From Scyliorhinus canicula (taxonomy: Eukaryota), in contig NW_024055479.1 in NCBI RefSeq assembly GCF_902713615.1, positions 1 through 64,000 of the forward strand: a stretch of 64,000 nt of DNA, read 5' to 3'. Shown piece by piece: positions 1-12,633 of this stretch; the stretch's first letter is position 1; every line of letters starts with the position of its first letter. Under the pieces are notes generated by a model. It worked only from the letters and a program-made list of their open reading frames with translations, was not told the DNA's origin and ran no database searches. The translations under genes were made by a program, and so were the position numbers.

Positions 1-864
1 GCTTCAACGACAGATGTCATCTCTGCTGAGTGGCTCTCAAACCAGTTTTTGTTGTGGGTTCCACCTTTACTAAATGTTACGGCTGCTGTGTCAGAAATGA
101 TTCAACTCAGCGACTTCCAAACTTCATCAATAATAATGTTGATTAAGTTTCTATTCATGAGGTGGTGAAATATTTTACGGTTTTATTTCATGTTGATAAT
201 TTAATTTCATAATGGTGGTGTCACAGTGAAAAATGTGTAAATCAGAAAGAATTGCCAGCAAGGATTAATCAGCATTTTCCAATCGGAGATCAGTAGAATG
301 TTTCAGAAACTGAATTATAGATTTGCACCAAAAACTATTTAGGATTAAAGTAAAAGTGTATCACACTATAGCAAGTGTGTTCCTGAGGAAATGAACAGAA
401 AGGCATAATGGGTAGTAGGCCAAGTTAGGAGTAAAATTTTACTGCAGTAGAATAAGGAGTTAGGTTAGTGGACTTTTAAACATCAACTGGGATTCAAGGC
501 AGGAAGGGGGATGGGCAGCCACTAGGACCATTTCTTTGTTGCCAGGGATACTGGGAAAGGGGGCCTCAGGCCATGTTAAGGAATGTGGGGAAAGCCTATG
601 GGAGCTTTGCATTTGTACCGTTGCCTTATTTGGTTGTATGTATGTGAAACTTGATGCAACTTGAATGTATATGAAATGAGATGTTTTGTTCCCTCGGCTC
701 TCTGGCTGTTGAAGAGGCAGGAGACTGGTGGTGTCCTGCTCTCCCAATAGAGTGAGTCACTCAGCCAACTGGTTAAAAAACAATACCTGCAAATCCATCT
801 CAAATTTTATTGAGCCCAGACTGGCAGCAAAAGAATCAGGATTGTTATTCCTGGGAGAGATCTT

Positions 865-1209
865 GAACATAGAACATAGATCAGTACAGCACAGAACAGG
901 CCCTTCGGCCCTCGATGTTGTGCCGAGCAATGATCACCCTACTCAAACCCACGTATCCACCCTATACCCGCAACCCAACAACCCCCCCTTAACCTTACTA
1001 TTAGGACACTACAGGCAATTTAGCATGGCTAATCCACCTAACCCGCACATCTTTGGACTGTGGGAGGAAACCGGAGCACCCGGAGGAAACCCACGCACAC
1101 ACGGGGAGGACGTGCAGACTCCGCACAGACAGTGGCCCAGCCAGGAATCGAACCTGGGACCCTGGAGCTGTGAAGCATTTATGCTAACCACCATGCTACC
1201 GTGCTGCCC
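865..1209 (-). mobile_element. tRNA-derived V-SINE (shark HE1-like), full length, CR1-type 3' tail
   Basis: Reverse complement shows head GGGCAGCACGGTAGCATGGTGGTTAGC..GGTTCGATTCC, V-domain GGGTTTCCTCCGGGTGCTCCGGTTTCCTCCCACAGTCCAAAGATGTG and (TTCTATG)n tail; near-identical copies elsewhere in the window. Confidence 0.9.
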
Positions 1210-1399
1210 CTAATAAAGAGGAAAGATGGTTTTAAAAAGAGACACTGCAGCCCCAAAATCAGTGACAAATCCAGAATATTAAACTGCAGCCAGTTATAGG
1301 GGTTGTTGACATCAGCAAAATAAACATATATTGTAAGACTATCGATCTTGTATGTGATTAACAGCAGCAATAACAGCAGAATCCAGTCTCTTCAGTCAC

Positions 1400-2220
1400 T
1401 CATGTAGCTGTTGATGTCAAGAGGTTAAATGACTGAGTGAATCCCTTCCACACACAGAGCAGATGAACGGCTTCTCCTCTGTGTGCGTACGTGTGTGCAA
1501 CAAACAGCAGGCTGCTGGACTGAGAATATCTCTTCCCAGAGACAGAGGAGATGAACAGTCTTTCCCCTCTGTAAGTGCAAGGTGTAATAAACAGTAGGCT
1601 GGACTGAGAGTATCTCTTCCCAGATACAGAGGGATGAACGGTCTTTCCCCAGTGTGAATATGTTTGTGTGCAATCAGAGTGGATGACTGCCTGAAATTCT
1701 TCCCCACTGAGTACAAGTCAGTGGATTCTCCTGGTGTGTATTTGCTTGTGCATCAGAAAGCTGGTTGAATGAATGAATCCCTTCCAACACACAGAGCAAG
1801 TGAATAGTCTTTCCCCAGTCTGAACATGCTGGTACACATTGAGGTTAGATAACCGCCCAAACCTCTTTTCACAGTGAGTGCAGCTGAATGGCCTCTCCTC
1901 AGTGTGAATTTGCTGGTGTGACATGAGGCTGGCTGACATACTGAATCCCTTCCCCCACACAGAACAGATGATTGGTTCTCCCCAGTGTGATTGCATCGAT
2001 GATTTTCCAGCTGTGATGAACATTTGAACCGTTTCGCACAGTCCTCACATTTCCACACTTTCTCCATGGTGCCAGTGTCCTTGTGTCTCTCCAGGTTGGA
2101 TGATCAGTTGAAGCCTCGTCCACACAGAACACATGCACGGTGTCTCCCTGCTGTGAATGGTGTGTGTTTTTCCAAGCTGTGTAACTGGTTAAAGTTATTT
2201 CCACAGTCTGTTCACTGGAT
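1400..2220 (-). pseudogene. C2H2 zinc-finger pseudogene (about 7-8 decayed fingers, frameshifted)
   Basis: CxxC..HxxxH and HTGE(R/K)PF remnants spread over three frames (ORFs 1417-1716, 1718-2023, 1753-2067); flanking sequence paralogous to the other ZNF genes. Confidence 0.85.
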
Positions 2221-2224
2221 CAGA

Positions 2225-3770
2225 CAGATGGGTGACCACTAGAATGGGCAGGCAGGCAATGCAGGAATCTCCTATGGCTGTCCCCCTCTCTAACATGTAT
2301 ACCATTTTGGATACTGTTGGGGGGGGGGGGAGGGGGGGGGGGTAGCCCAGTGGTGAAAACAACAACAGCCTGAACAGTGGCACCACAACTGGCTCTGTTG
2401 TTCAGCAGGGGAGGGCAAACTGCGGGAGAGTGATAGTTATAGGGGCCTCTATATGAAGGAGTCCAGATAGGCGCTTCTGTGGACGGGAAAGAGACTCCAG
2501 AATGGTATGTTGCCTCTCTGATGCCAGGATCCAGTCTGTCTCTGAACGAACACGGGACATCCTGAAGGGGGAGGGTGAACAACCACTGGGATCTCTTCCG
2601 GGGCAGGTGTGACCTGTACAAGAAGGACGTGTTGCATCTAAACTGGAGGGGCACCAATATCCTGGCTGAGAGGTTTGATGTAGTCACTCGGGAGGATTTA
2701 AACAAGTATGGCAGGAGGGTGGGAGCCAGAAGGTGTAATAACTGAAGGTGAATTGGAGAACAAAAAAATAAGAGAATCACATCACCCTGTCTGCTCAAAC
2801 ACAGTGGTTGAAGAGTATTTGTTTCAACTCCAGAAGTATACCGGGGAGGCAGATGAACTTAGAGCACTTATTAGTACTTGGAATTACAATGTTGTGGCTA
2901 TCACAGAAACATGTTTAAAGGAAGGGCAGGATTGGCAGCTGAATGTTGGAGGATAGAGATGCTTCAGGAGAGATAGAGAGGGATGTAAAAGGGGTGAGTG
3001 AGTAGCATTACTGGTTAAGGAGAATTTATTATTATGAGGGGAAATATACCGTTAATGGCAAAACTCCCAGGAATATAGAAAGTCAGAGAGATCTGTGTGT
3101 GCATGTGCACAAATCTTTCAAGTTGGCATCACAAATGAACAAGATAGTCAAGAAAGCAGATGGAATGCTTCCCTTCATTGGACGGGGCATCAAGTAAAAA
3201 ACTGCCAAGTCAGGCAATAGTTGTGTAGAACCTTGTTAAGGCCACACTTGGAATATTAAGCACAATTCTGGTCGCCACAGTACCAGAAGGATGTGGAGGA
3301 TTTGAAGAGGGTGCAGAGGAGGTTTACCAGGATGTTGCCTAGTCTGGATTGTTAGGTATGTAGAGAGGCTGAATAGACTCGGATTGTTTTCATGAGAAAG
3401 ACAGAGGTTGAGGGATGACCTGATAGAGGTCGACAAGATTATGAGGGGCATGGATAGAGTGGGGTGGGGTCAGTCACCCGGGGGCATAGATTTAAGGTCC
3501 CTGGGGTAAAGTTTAGAGGAGATGTGCGAGGCAGGTTTTTTTTATGCAGAGGGTGGTGAGTGCCTGGAATGCATTGCCAGGGGAGGTTGTGGAAGCAGAT
3601 ACGTTAACGGCGTTCAAAGGCATCTTGACAAACACATGGATAGGATGGGTATAGAGGGATACGGCACAAGGAAGTGCTGAGGGTTTTGGCAAATGTTGGT
3701 ATCATGACCGGTACAGGTTTGGAGGGCCGAATGGCCTGTTCCTGTGCTGTATTGTTCGTTGTTCAAGACC
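2225..3770 (+). mobile_element. CR1 LINE, internally deleted: ORF1 esterase remnant, endonuclease start, RT C-terminus and 3' tail
   Basis: Degenerate DRRFCGRERDSRMVCCL-GEGEQP (ORF1 esterase) at ~2465-2585; DELRALISTWNYNVVAITET (EN) at ~2850-2910; PHLEY..FWSP at ~3240; GGCCGAATGGCCTGTTCCTGTGCTGTA tail at ~3725. Confidence 0.8.
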
Positions 3771-4020
3771 CTGTTCAGTGTGGGAGAAACAGCTCCCATG
3801 TTCGGAATGTGGATGACGTTTTAGCCGATGGTCTGACCTTTCGAACGATATGTAGTCACGCAGGAAGAAACCTTGGAAATCTGGGGACTGTGGAATAGAT
3901 TTAATCAGACCTGGAGATTCATCGACCTGTTCACACTGAGGAGCGACCATTAATGTTCTCCGTGTATGGGAAGGGACTCACTCAGTTCATCAGCCTCACT
4001 TCATCATGGTCAATCTGTAC
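3770..4020 (+). pseudogene. Highly decayed C2H2 zinc-finger fragment
   Basis: Remnants resembling GEKP..CSECG and HTEERP coding sequence; no open frame. Confidence 0.5.
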
Positions 4021-4470
4021 TGGACCGTTACCGAGTGCAATGTATCTTTCCTGAGGTTTGGTGGCCAGTACGGAACACAGTTCATGCAGCAAGTGAGGAA
4101 AAGACAGCAGGAATTTATCTAATCTGTGATTTACAAGGGCACATTCTTGGTTCCCAGCAGTTAAGTTTCTGCAGTAATTTCCTCATTTTCCCTGAACTAC
4201 CCTGCCTGTTAATTCTATTTCTGATAATTCCACTACTGTAGCGAAAATATCACAGGTTAGAATTTAATCTGTTCTATTATTCACTCTGGTTTAAGTTTAT
4301 GTTGAGGTTAATAACAGACAAACTCTGTCCTCTCCCCGATCCAATAAAAGTTTCCAATGAGTCGATTCTGTGGAATGGAATGTCTTATCAGCGTTTCCAC
4401 GGTGACCTGTCTGCAGTGAAGCTCCTGCTTGAGTTTCTAACTCAGACTAAACTTCTCTCCCCATAACACA

Positions 4471-4790
4471 CATAGAACATAGAACAGTACAGCACAGAAC
4501 AGGCCCTTCGGCCCTCGATGTGCCGAGCAATGATCACCCTACTTAAACCCACGTAATCCGTATCCCAACAATCCCCCCATTAACCTTACACTACGGGCAA
4601 TTTAGCATGGCCAATCCACCTAACCCGCACATCTTTGGACTGTGGGAGGAAACCGGAGCACCCGGAGGACACCCACGCACACACGGGGAGGACGTGCAGG
4701 CTCCACACAGACAGTGACCCAGCCGGGAATCGAACCTGGGACCCTGGAGCTGTGAAGCATTGATGTTAACCACCATGCTACCGTGAGGCC
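4471..4790 (-). mobile_element. V-SINE
   Basis: Same head, V-domain and tail as 865-1209. Confidence 0.9.
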
Positions 4791-4889
4791 CCCATTATAC
4801 CTTATACACATTATATCAGACATTGGATGTCAATGAATTTCAGCCATGTTATGTTAATATCTCCCAAACCCAAAAAGTAGTTCAGATAC

Positions 4890-5190
4890 ACAATATTTAA
4901 ACGTGGGAGGACAAGTTGATAAAGTGTTTAAAAACACATGGGATCCAAGGTTTTATAATTCTAAGTGTGGAGTACAAAATGACAGATGTCATGTAAACCT
5001 GGACAAATCATTGATTAGGCTGCAGTTGGAATATTAGATCAGGTTTTGAGGATCTTACACCAGGAAGGATGTCAAGGTCATGGAGAGGGTGTGGAAGAGA
5101 TTCACTGAGATGATCCCGGGGAAGAGAGGCTTTAGTTACATGGAGGGATGAGAGAAACTGGGGCTCTTTTCATTCAAACAGGGCTAACTG
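4890..5190 (+). mobile_element. CR1 LINE RT C-terminal fragment
   Basis: Decayed similarity to the same CR1 segment seen at 3100-3450. Confidence 0.6.
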
Positions 5191-5204
5191 GAGATCAGAG
5201 GGAG

Positions 5205-5480
5205 GGGTTTTGATTCCGGCCTTGGGTGACTGTGTAGAGTTTGCACTTCCTCCCCGTGTCTGCGTGGGTTCCTTCCGGGTGCCCCGGTTTCCTCCCACAG
5301 TCCAAAGACTGTGGTTAGCGCAGGTGAGGTGGATTGGCCATTTAAAAAGATTTCCTCTGAGTGTCCAAAGGTTAGGTGGGCCTCAGGGTATAGGGTTGAG
5401 GAGTGGGGTGCCGTATTGGAGAGTTGATGCAGCATTGATGGGCCAAATGGCCTCGTTCTGCACTGAAGGGATTCTATGGG
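5205..5480 (+). mobile_element. V-SINE, 5' truncated
   Basis: V-domain and GGGCCAAATGGCCT..CTGCACTG tail. Confidence 0.8.
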
Positions 5481-5729
5481 ACAGAAAAAGACTCATATGA
5501 AATATCAATCAGACTGTACAACAATGTTTTGGACTCTCACTGTCCCTCTGGGCCTGCGGGGTATTTGTGTGTAGTGTGGTGGTGGTGGTGGTGGTGGTGG
5601 TGGGGGGGGGGGGGGGGGGGCAGGGGGGGGCGGCAGTGGGGGAACCAGTGATGGTTTCTCTTATGTCTGAATGAAATGTAATTTTTAAAGTGAAGGGTGT
5701 CTGTACTGGGAATCTGAGTACCAACTGCC

Positions 5730-6115
5730 AGCTTGAACCATTCCCGGCAGAAAGGCCTTTCCCCAGTGTGAATCCACTGGTATCTCAGCAGGTTGCCTGA
5801 GTGAATGAATCCCTTTCCACACTGGGAGCAGGTGAATGGTCTCTCCCCAGTGTGAATCCGCTGGTGTAGAGTGAGTGGAGACGATCGTCTGAACCCAGTC
5901 CCACAGTCGGAGCAGCTGAGGCTGAATGGTTTCTCGTCAGTGTGAACTCTTGATGGGACACCTGATCCCGAGAACTTTTAAAGCACTTCCCGCATTTAAA
6001 AGTTCGCTCATCATTGTGAATCTGCTGATGTGTCAGCAGTTGGGATGAATGAGTGTATCCCTTCCCACCATCGGGGCAGGTGAAAGGCCTTTCCCCAGTG
6101 TGAACTTGCTGGTGC
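5730..6115 (-). pseudogene. C2H2 zinc-finger pseudogene fragment
   Basis: Repeated CTCTCCCCAGTGTGAA (HTGER, reverse strand) at finger spacing, with indels. Confidence 0.8.
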
Positions 6116-6399
6116 AGAAAGGGAGAGAGAACGGAGTGAGGGTAACAGGAAGCAATGAACCAACAACTGAATCACAATTTGACAGAATCTCCAAAACACT
6201 TAACCTCCACCACCTGGATGGAGCAGGACAGCAGATGTATGTGAACATCACCACCTGCAAGTTCCTTTCCAAGCCACACACAGTCCGATCTTGTCCGACA
6301 TCCAGTGCTGGATGAGCAGAACTTTCCTCCATTTAAATATTGAGAGACTGAACCCATTCCCTTTCATCCCCTCTACAAACTCCACTCCCTTGTTACCAA

Positions 6400-6990
6400 T
6401 TCCATTCCTGTCAAATGTTTCACCCCTAGATGAGCTCTTAACCACATATCCACATCATCACCAAGATTGCCGATTTCCACCTCAGGAAGATAGCTCTTCT
6501 GCACCTTAGTCTCTGTTCATCTGCTGCAGAAACCATCATCCATTCTTCTGTTACGTCTCAACCAAATTATTCCAATGCACTCGCAGCCGGACTCCAACAT
6601 TAAACAACCCCCTCCATCCCATCCCAAACTCTGCTACCCATGTGCTTACTCACACCAGCCCCTGTCCCACTGATCTGCAAATGCTTCCTTTTAAAAGGCA
6701 CAAAAAAGTTTTAATTTCTCATTCTTCTTTTCCTCCATGGTAGTGATCATCCAGATCTCTGTAATCTCTTCCACACACACCCCTTTGAGATCTCTGCACT
6801 CATTTAATTCCAGCCACTTGAGAATTCCTGATTTTAATCTCTTCACCGTTACTGAGTTGCCAAGGCCTCAATTTCTGGAATTTCCTCCTTAAAACTCTCC
6901 CACTCTCTGACTCAATTTCCTCCATTAAGATTCTCCTTAAAAACTAATATCTCCTCATGTGGCTCAGTGTCAATTGTTATTTTGTGACGT
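6400..6990 (+). mobile_element. L2-type LINE RT C-terminus / 3' fragment
   Basis: Degenerate HI..ITK.A.FHLR.IA..AAETIIH..VTS..YSNAL.AGL motif typical of the L2 ORF2 end. Confidence 0.7.
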
Positions 6991-7139
6991 TTCTCTGAAA
7001 GTCTTAAAAGTTGTATTCTGTTCAAGTCATAATATAAATTCGAATTATGGTCACTGCCCTCGACATATATTCTGCCCCATAAATAAGAATTTGTAACTCA
7101 GCGTGAAACAGTCTGCCAGGAAGACACATTTAAAAAATG

Positions 7140-7760
7140 TTGCCCCCAACAATGATGGCGACTGAGCCTGCGCTCTGCTATTCGTGCCCCAATAAAGATG
7201 GTGGGTGCGCGTGCGCACTGCCGCGAGTGAGCCAAATAATGATGCCGAGGGCGCATGCGTAGCGTTGCGAGCACCAAATAAAGATGGCGGCCGCATAGTC
7301 TCTTCTCGAACAAAGCTACAACCTCCGCTCAGATCCCCAGGTACCGGTGGTTTATTTTGTCAGATGTTCGGTTTATATAACATGTTTACGAAGCGTCCCT
7401 AATAAACTGCATGATCCAGCTCTCCCTCCGACCCGCCATTCCCACCTTCACTGATTATGGTTCCGAGAAAGAACCTTTTCCGCGTCGCCATTAATCACAC
7501 TGCGCATGCTTCACTCGGCCCAGTCCCGCCCCTGTTTCACTCCGATTGGTTGGAGGACCAGTCATTCCCGCCATGTTCGACCGAACCCGCCTACTCCACT
7601 ATTGGTCGCGCGATGCCGTCAATCATTGCTCGGGCATTGTGAGGCGTCAGGTGAGAGGTCCGTGGGGGGCGGGGTTTACAAATCCCCAGTGCGGCCCCAG
7701 AGCCGAACAATGAATATTCTCCACTATCACTGTCCGAAGTGACTTCCGGCTTCTCGCCAC
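7140..7760. promoter_or_regulatory. CpG-rich promoter, probably of the ZNF gene(s); candidate non-coding exon 1 with donor CAG|GTGAGA at 7650/7651
   Basis: YY1-like AAGATGGCGG (7281) and CCGCCATGTT (7568); NRF1-like GCGCATGCG (7251); ATTGG boxes (7545, 7601); GC boxes (7525, 7667); ETS ACTTCCGG (7742); high CpG density. Confidence 0.7.
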
Positions 7761-7959
7761 AAACAACCTCATAGAGACCAGGAAGGAGACACTGACCCAG
7801 TGACAATGTCACTGCATTAGTTACCCAGAGAGACAGGAAAATGTTCTGGGGACATCGGCTCCAATCCATTCAATTAATAAAATCTGGAATTTAAAGTTAA
7901 TCTCAATGATGGTGACTGAGGGTCACTGAGAAAATCTCCAATGTCACTGGATTAGGTCA

Positions 7960-8935
7960 AAAAGGCAGAAAGTAGGAAACTAGTTAGTTTAAAGTCTGTT
8001 GGGGAAACTGTTGGAATCCATTATTGAGGAAGCAGTATCTGGACATTTGGAAAGTCAAACTGCAATCCATCAGAGTCTGCGTGGTTTTGTGAAGGGTACA
8101 TTGTGTTTGATTCATTTCTTGCAGTTCTTGGAAGATGTAACAAACCAAGTGGATAATGGGGTCCTGTAGATGTATTTGGACTCCCAGAATATGTTTGATA
8201 AGGTGTCACACAAAAGGTAATAATCAACGTAAAATCCCACGGGGTTGAGAGATAATAAATTAACTTGGATAGAGGATTGGCTAACCAGCAGAGAGTGGGG
8301 ATTAGATTTATTGACACAGGTACTGAGGAAAAATATTTCTATCCAGAGGGTGGTGACGGTCTGGAATGTACTGACTTTGGAGGGTGACAGAGACGGGTTG
8401 CCTCACATCCTCTAAAAAAGTACCTGGATGAAGACTGGCACGTCATAACATCGAAGGCTATGAGCCAAGTGCTGGCAAATGGGATTAGGTAGGTGGGTCA
8501 GGTTTATCATGTGTCGGTGCAAATTTGATGGACCGAAGGGCCTCTTCTGCACTGTGAATGAAATGAAAATCGCTTATTGTCACAAGTAGGCTTCAAATGA
8601 AGTTACTGTGAAAAGCCCCACATTCGGGGAGGCTGGTATGGGAATTGAACCGTGCTGTTGGCCTGCCTTGGTCTGCTTTAAAAGCCAGCGATTTAGCCCA
8701 GTGTGCTAAACCAGCCCCTCTGAGTTGCTGATGGTACAAAGTTTGGTGGCATCATAGACAGCATAGATGATTGCATTAAATTGCAAGAAGAAATTGACAG
8801 ACGAGGTGAATGGGCAAGATTGTGGCATTATAAACAGGTGTGAGGTTATCTGTTTAGAACCGAAAAAGGATCGAACTGAGCACTTTCTGAATGGAAAGAG
8901 GTTCAGTACAGTGGGTGTCCAAAGAGACTTGGGGT
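7960..8935 (+). mobile_element. CR1 LINE RT and 3' fragments (interrupted by a SINE)
   Basis: GK.LESII..HL..Q.GF.KG..C..FDKV motif remnants and CR1 tail. Confidence 0.75.
8557..8719 (-). mobile_element. Short tRNA-derived SINE with (CATTT)n tail
   Basis: AGGGGCTGGTTTAGC head and GGCTTTTCACAGTAACTTCATT..GTGACAATAAGCGATTTTCATTTCAT tail; six copies in the window. Confidence 0.85.
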
Positions 8936-8936
8936 T

Positions 8937-10165
8937 CATAGAATCTATGGTATGGAGACGGGCCCTTCGGCCCAAACTGGTCCATGCCAACCAAAAAGCT
9001 CATCTAAGCCAATCCCATTGGCCTGTATTTGGCCCCTATCCCTCTGAACCTTTTCTATTCATGTATCTGTCCAAATGCCTTTTCAGTGTTGGCAATGTCC
9101 CTGCCTCAACTCCTTCCTCCGCCAGCTCATTCCGTACTATCCTCTGTGTAAAACCATTGCTCCTCAGATTCCCATTAATTCTTTTCCGTCTTACCTTTAG
9201 TTCTCGATTCCCCAACCCTGAGAAAAAGACTGAGTGCATTCACCCTGTCCATACCTCCCATGATCTTATACACCTATATAAGATCACCCCTCAGTCCCCT
9301 ACGCTCCAAAGATAAAGGTCCTGGTCTGTCGAATCTCTCCCTTTCACTCAGTCCTGGCAACATCCTTGTAAATCTCTTCTGCGCTCTCTCCAGTTTAATA
9401 ACATGTTTCCTATAGCAACGCAGCCAAAACTGAACACCATACTCCAGGTGCGACCTCACCAACATTCTGTACAACTGCAACATAACGTCCCAACTTGTAT
9501 ACTCAATGCCCTAACTGATGAAGGCCAGCACGCCAAAAGCCTTCTTCAGAGAATTTGCAGTGCAGATGGAGGCTATTCAGCCCATCGAGTCTTCCAGAGC
9601 TGGATAGCCCTTAGAAAGAGCATCCTACGCAAGCCCACTTATCTACCCTATCCCTGTAACCCAGTAAACCCCACTTAACCTTTTTTTTGGACACTAAGGG
9701 CAATTTAGCATGGCCAGTCCACCTATCCCGCACATCTTTAGACTGTGGGAGGAAACCAGAGAACACATGCAGACACGGGAGAGAACGTGCAGACTCCGCA
9801 CAGACAGTGACCCAGCTGGGAATCGAACCAGGGACCCTGAAGCTGGTGAAGCAACTGTGCTAACCACTATACTACCGTGCTGCCCTATCTACCTGTGACT
9901 CCACCTTTAAAGAACCGTCCACATGAACTCCAAGATCCCTTCTGTGCCATGATACACCCTAAGGCCCTACCATTCACTGTGAAAGTCGGACCTTGATTTG
10001 ACTTCTGAAATGCAACACCTCACACTGATCTGTATTGATCACCATTTGCCATTTCTCGGCCCACTTCCCCAGCTGATCAAGATCCTGCTGCAATTTTTGA
10101 TAACCTTCCTCACTGTCTACAATACCACCTATTTTAGTGTTATCTGCAAACTTACTGATGAAGGA
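8937..10165 (-). mobile_element. CR1 LINE 3' portion carrying a nested V-SINE (~9545-9885)
   Basis: LYRMLVRSHLEYGVQFW (ORF 9274-9483) and CR1 tail at 8937; SINE head and V-domain inside. Confidence 0.8.
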
Positions 10166-10790
10166 CAGAGGACTTACTGTATCAAGACATCGAGGGCCGA
10201 AGGGCCTGTACTGCGCTGTAATGTTCTATGCCTTGTACATTCTCATCCAAATCGTTGATTATAGATACTAACAGCAATTTCCTGGTTACTGATCTCCGAG
10301 TTACTCCCTACTTAGTTAATTACTCCAGTTTCTCAAATTTAGAACAGATTCCCAACCAGCCAATCAGCTTTACTCTGAGGTAAGTTATTTATATTTACTG
10401 TTCCGAAGCTCCTTCTCCCTGGATTTGCGCCAGCTCCTCTCCCTGCTGCCTAGGCCCTGAATTCCCGAGGTACATTATTTATATTTACCGTTCCGAAGCT
10501 CCTCCTGCCCGAGTTCACACCAACTCCACTCCCTGTGTTGGTGACATTCATACCTGGGTGTCTGGAAAATCATCAGGACAGTAACTGTCCTATAAGGTAA
10601 TGAGTCCTTTCCCAATTGGCCGAGGAAGGCAGCGTGTCACAAGGATGGATGTGTTGACCGATTAATGGCTTGAGGATGGGGGCAGGTTATGTGATCAAAC
10701 CTCCAGGAATACATTTAATCAAAGTTGGCGAGGAGAGAATGTTGTGAATTTCTATCCTAAACTGACAGTGAGGTTTCTGTAAATTTACAG

Positions 10791-10990
10791 GATACTGGAA
10801 GAGGAGGTTTAGCAGACGGGAAACTCAAACCAAACGTCACATCGCGATCTGACAGAGTCACTCGATTCATCAGAACCTGAATTTCAGCAGCATCTGGGTG
10901 TGGAAGGTAAAAGGTTTGTCTGTTCTGTCTGTGAGGGAAGATTTCAGGTCTCAGTGTGACTGGAAAAGCCCCGAGATTCACAAACCCTGG
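10791..10990 (+). pseudogene. Truncated ZNF entry-exon remnant
   Basis: Acceptor TTTACAG|GATA then sequence paralogous to the ZNF entry exons at 12936, 29618(-) and 34429; broken by CR1. Confidence 0.65.
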
Positions 10991-11129
10991 TTAGACCAAA
11001 CCTGGAGAACTGTGTTCAGTTCTGGACAACAAACGTGAGGAAGGATAGAATGGCCTCGGAGGGAATGTAGCACAGATTTACCTGAGTGATATCTGAACCC
11101 CCCCGGGGTTAAATTACAAAACTAGATTA

Positions 11130-12000
11130 CACAAACGAGTCAGAGACATGATGGCACAGAGAAGGGCATTCGGTCCATTGAATCCATGCTAGCTCTCTGG
11201 GGCAATCCAGTCAGTGCCATTCTCCTGCTCCCTGTATCCTCGCAGGTTTATTTCCCTCAGATGTCTATCCAATTTCCTTTTGAAATCAAATGATTCATTG
11301 TGTCTATTTTCAAACTCCCTCATAGGCAGCAAGTTTCAGGTCATTGCCGCTCGCTGTGTAAAAACATATCTCATATCACCTCATATCTCCTGTAGCTTTT
11401 ACATACAAACTAGGAACAGGTCACTCGGCCCCTCGAGCCTGCTCAGCATTCAGTTGGATTGTGGCTGATCGCATTCCAACTTCAATGCCACATTCCTGCC
11501 TACCCCTGATAACCTTTCACCCCCTTGCTCATCAAGAATCTATCCAGCTCTGCGTTAAAAATATTCAAGGACTCTGCTTCCGCTGCCTTTTAAGGACGTG
11601 AGTTCCAAAGTCTTACAACCCTCAAGAGAATAAAAAATCCTCATCTCCATCTGAAATGGGTGACTCTTTATTTTCCAACAGTGATGCCCTTGTTGTAGAT
11701 TCTCCCACAAGAGGAAGCATCCTCTCCACATCCACCCTGTCAAAACCCCTCAGGATCGTGTATCGTTCAATCCAGGCTTTACCCAAAACTTTAAATCTGT
11801 GTCCCGACTGCTTGTACGATCAGTGAATGGAAACAGAGTTTCTTTGTCCACCCCAATGGAAATCTGGCATAATCTTGTGTCCCTGAATCAAATCTCCCCT
11901 CAACCTCCTTTGCTGGAACCATTCTGGTAAATCTCCTCTGCATCTTCTCCAAGAACCTTCACATTCTTCCTGAAGAGTGGTGACCAGAGCTTTATAAAGA
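11130..12000 (-). mobile_element. Two adjacent CR1 3'-end fragments
   Basis: Two CR1 tails (11140, 11410) followed by RT C-terminal similarity. Confidence 0.7.
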
Positions 12001-12002
12001 TT

Positions 12003-12633
12003 CATAGAATAGAATTAGAACCATAGAATTTCTACAGTGCAGAAGGAGGCCATTCAGCCCATCAAGTCTGCACTGATTCTCTGAAAGGGCACCCTGCCTC
12101 GGCCCACACCCCTACCCTGTTCCTGCCACCCCATAGCCCCACCTAACCTGCACATCCCTGGACACTAAGGGGCAATTTATCAAGGTCAATCCACCTAACT
12201 TTCCCTTCTTTGGGCTGTTGGAGGAAACCTGAGCACCGGGTGGAAACCCACGCAGACACGGGGAGAAAGTGCAAACTCCACACAGTCACCAAGGCCTGTG
12301 AATCATAGAATTTACAGTGCAGAAGGAAGCCATTCAGCCCATCGAGTCTGCACCGGCTCTTGGAAAGAGCACCCTACCCAGGGTCAACAACTCCACCCTA
12401 TCCCCATAACCCAGTAACCCCACCCAACACTTAGGGCAATTTAAAACAGTAAGGGCAATTTATCATGGCCAATCCACCTAACCTACACATCTTTGGACTG
12501 TGGGAGGAAACCGGAGCACCCGGAGGAAACCCACGCACACATGGGGAGGATGTGCAGACTCCACACAGACAGTGACCCAAGCCGGAATTGAACCCAGGTC
12601 CCTGGCGCTGTGAGGTAGCAGTGCTAATCATTG
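12003..12633 (-). mobile_element. Two tandem V-SINE copies (12003-12296 and 12300-12633)
   Basis: Two V-domains, each with its own (ATTCTATG) tail. Confidence 0.85.

Noticed and set aside
5576-5640. (GGT)n plus long G run; other G homopolymers at 2320-2342 and 15930-15962
   Set aside because: Simple low-complexity tracts with unreliable length and no supporting context
8767-9315. 182-aa ORF
   Set aside because: It is a chance read-through across two oppositely oriented CR1 fragments
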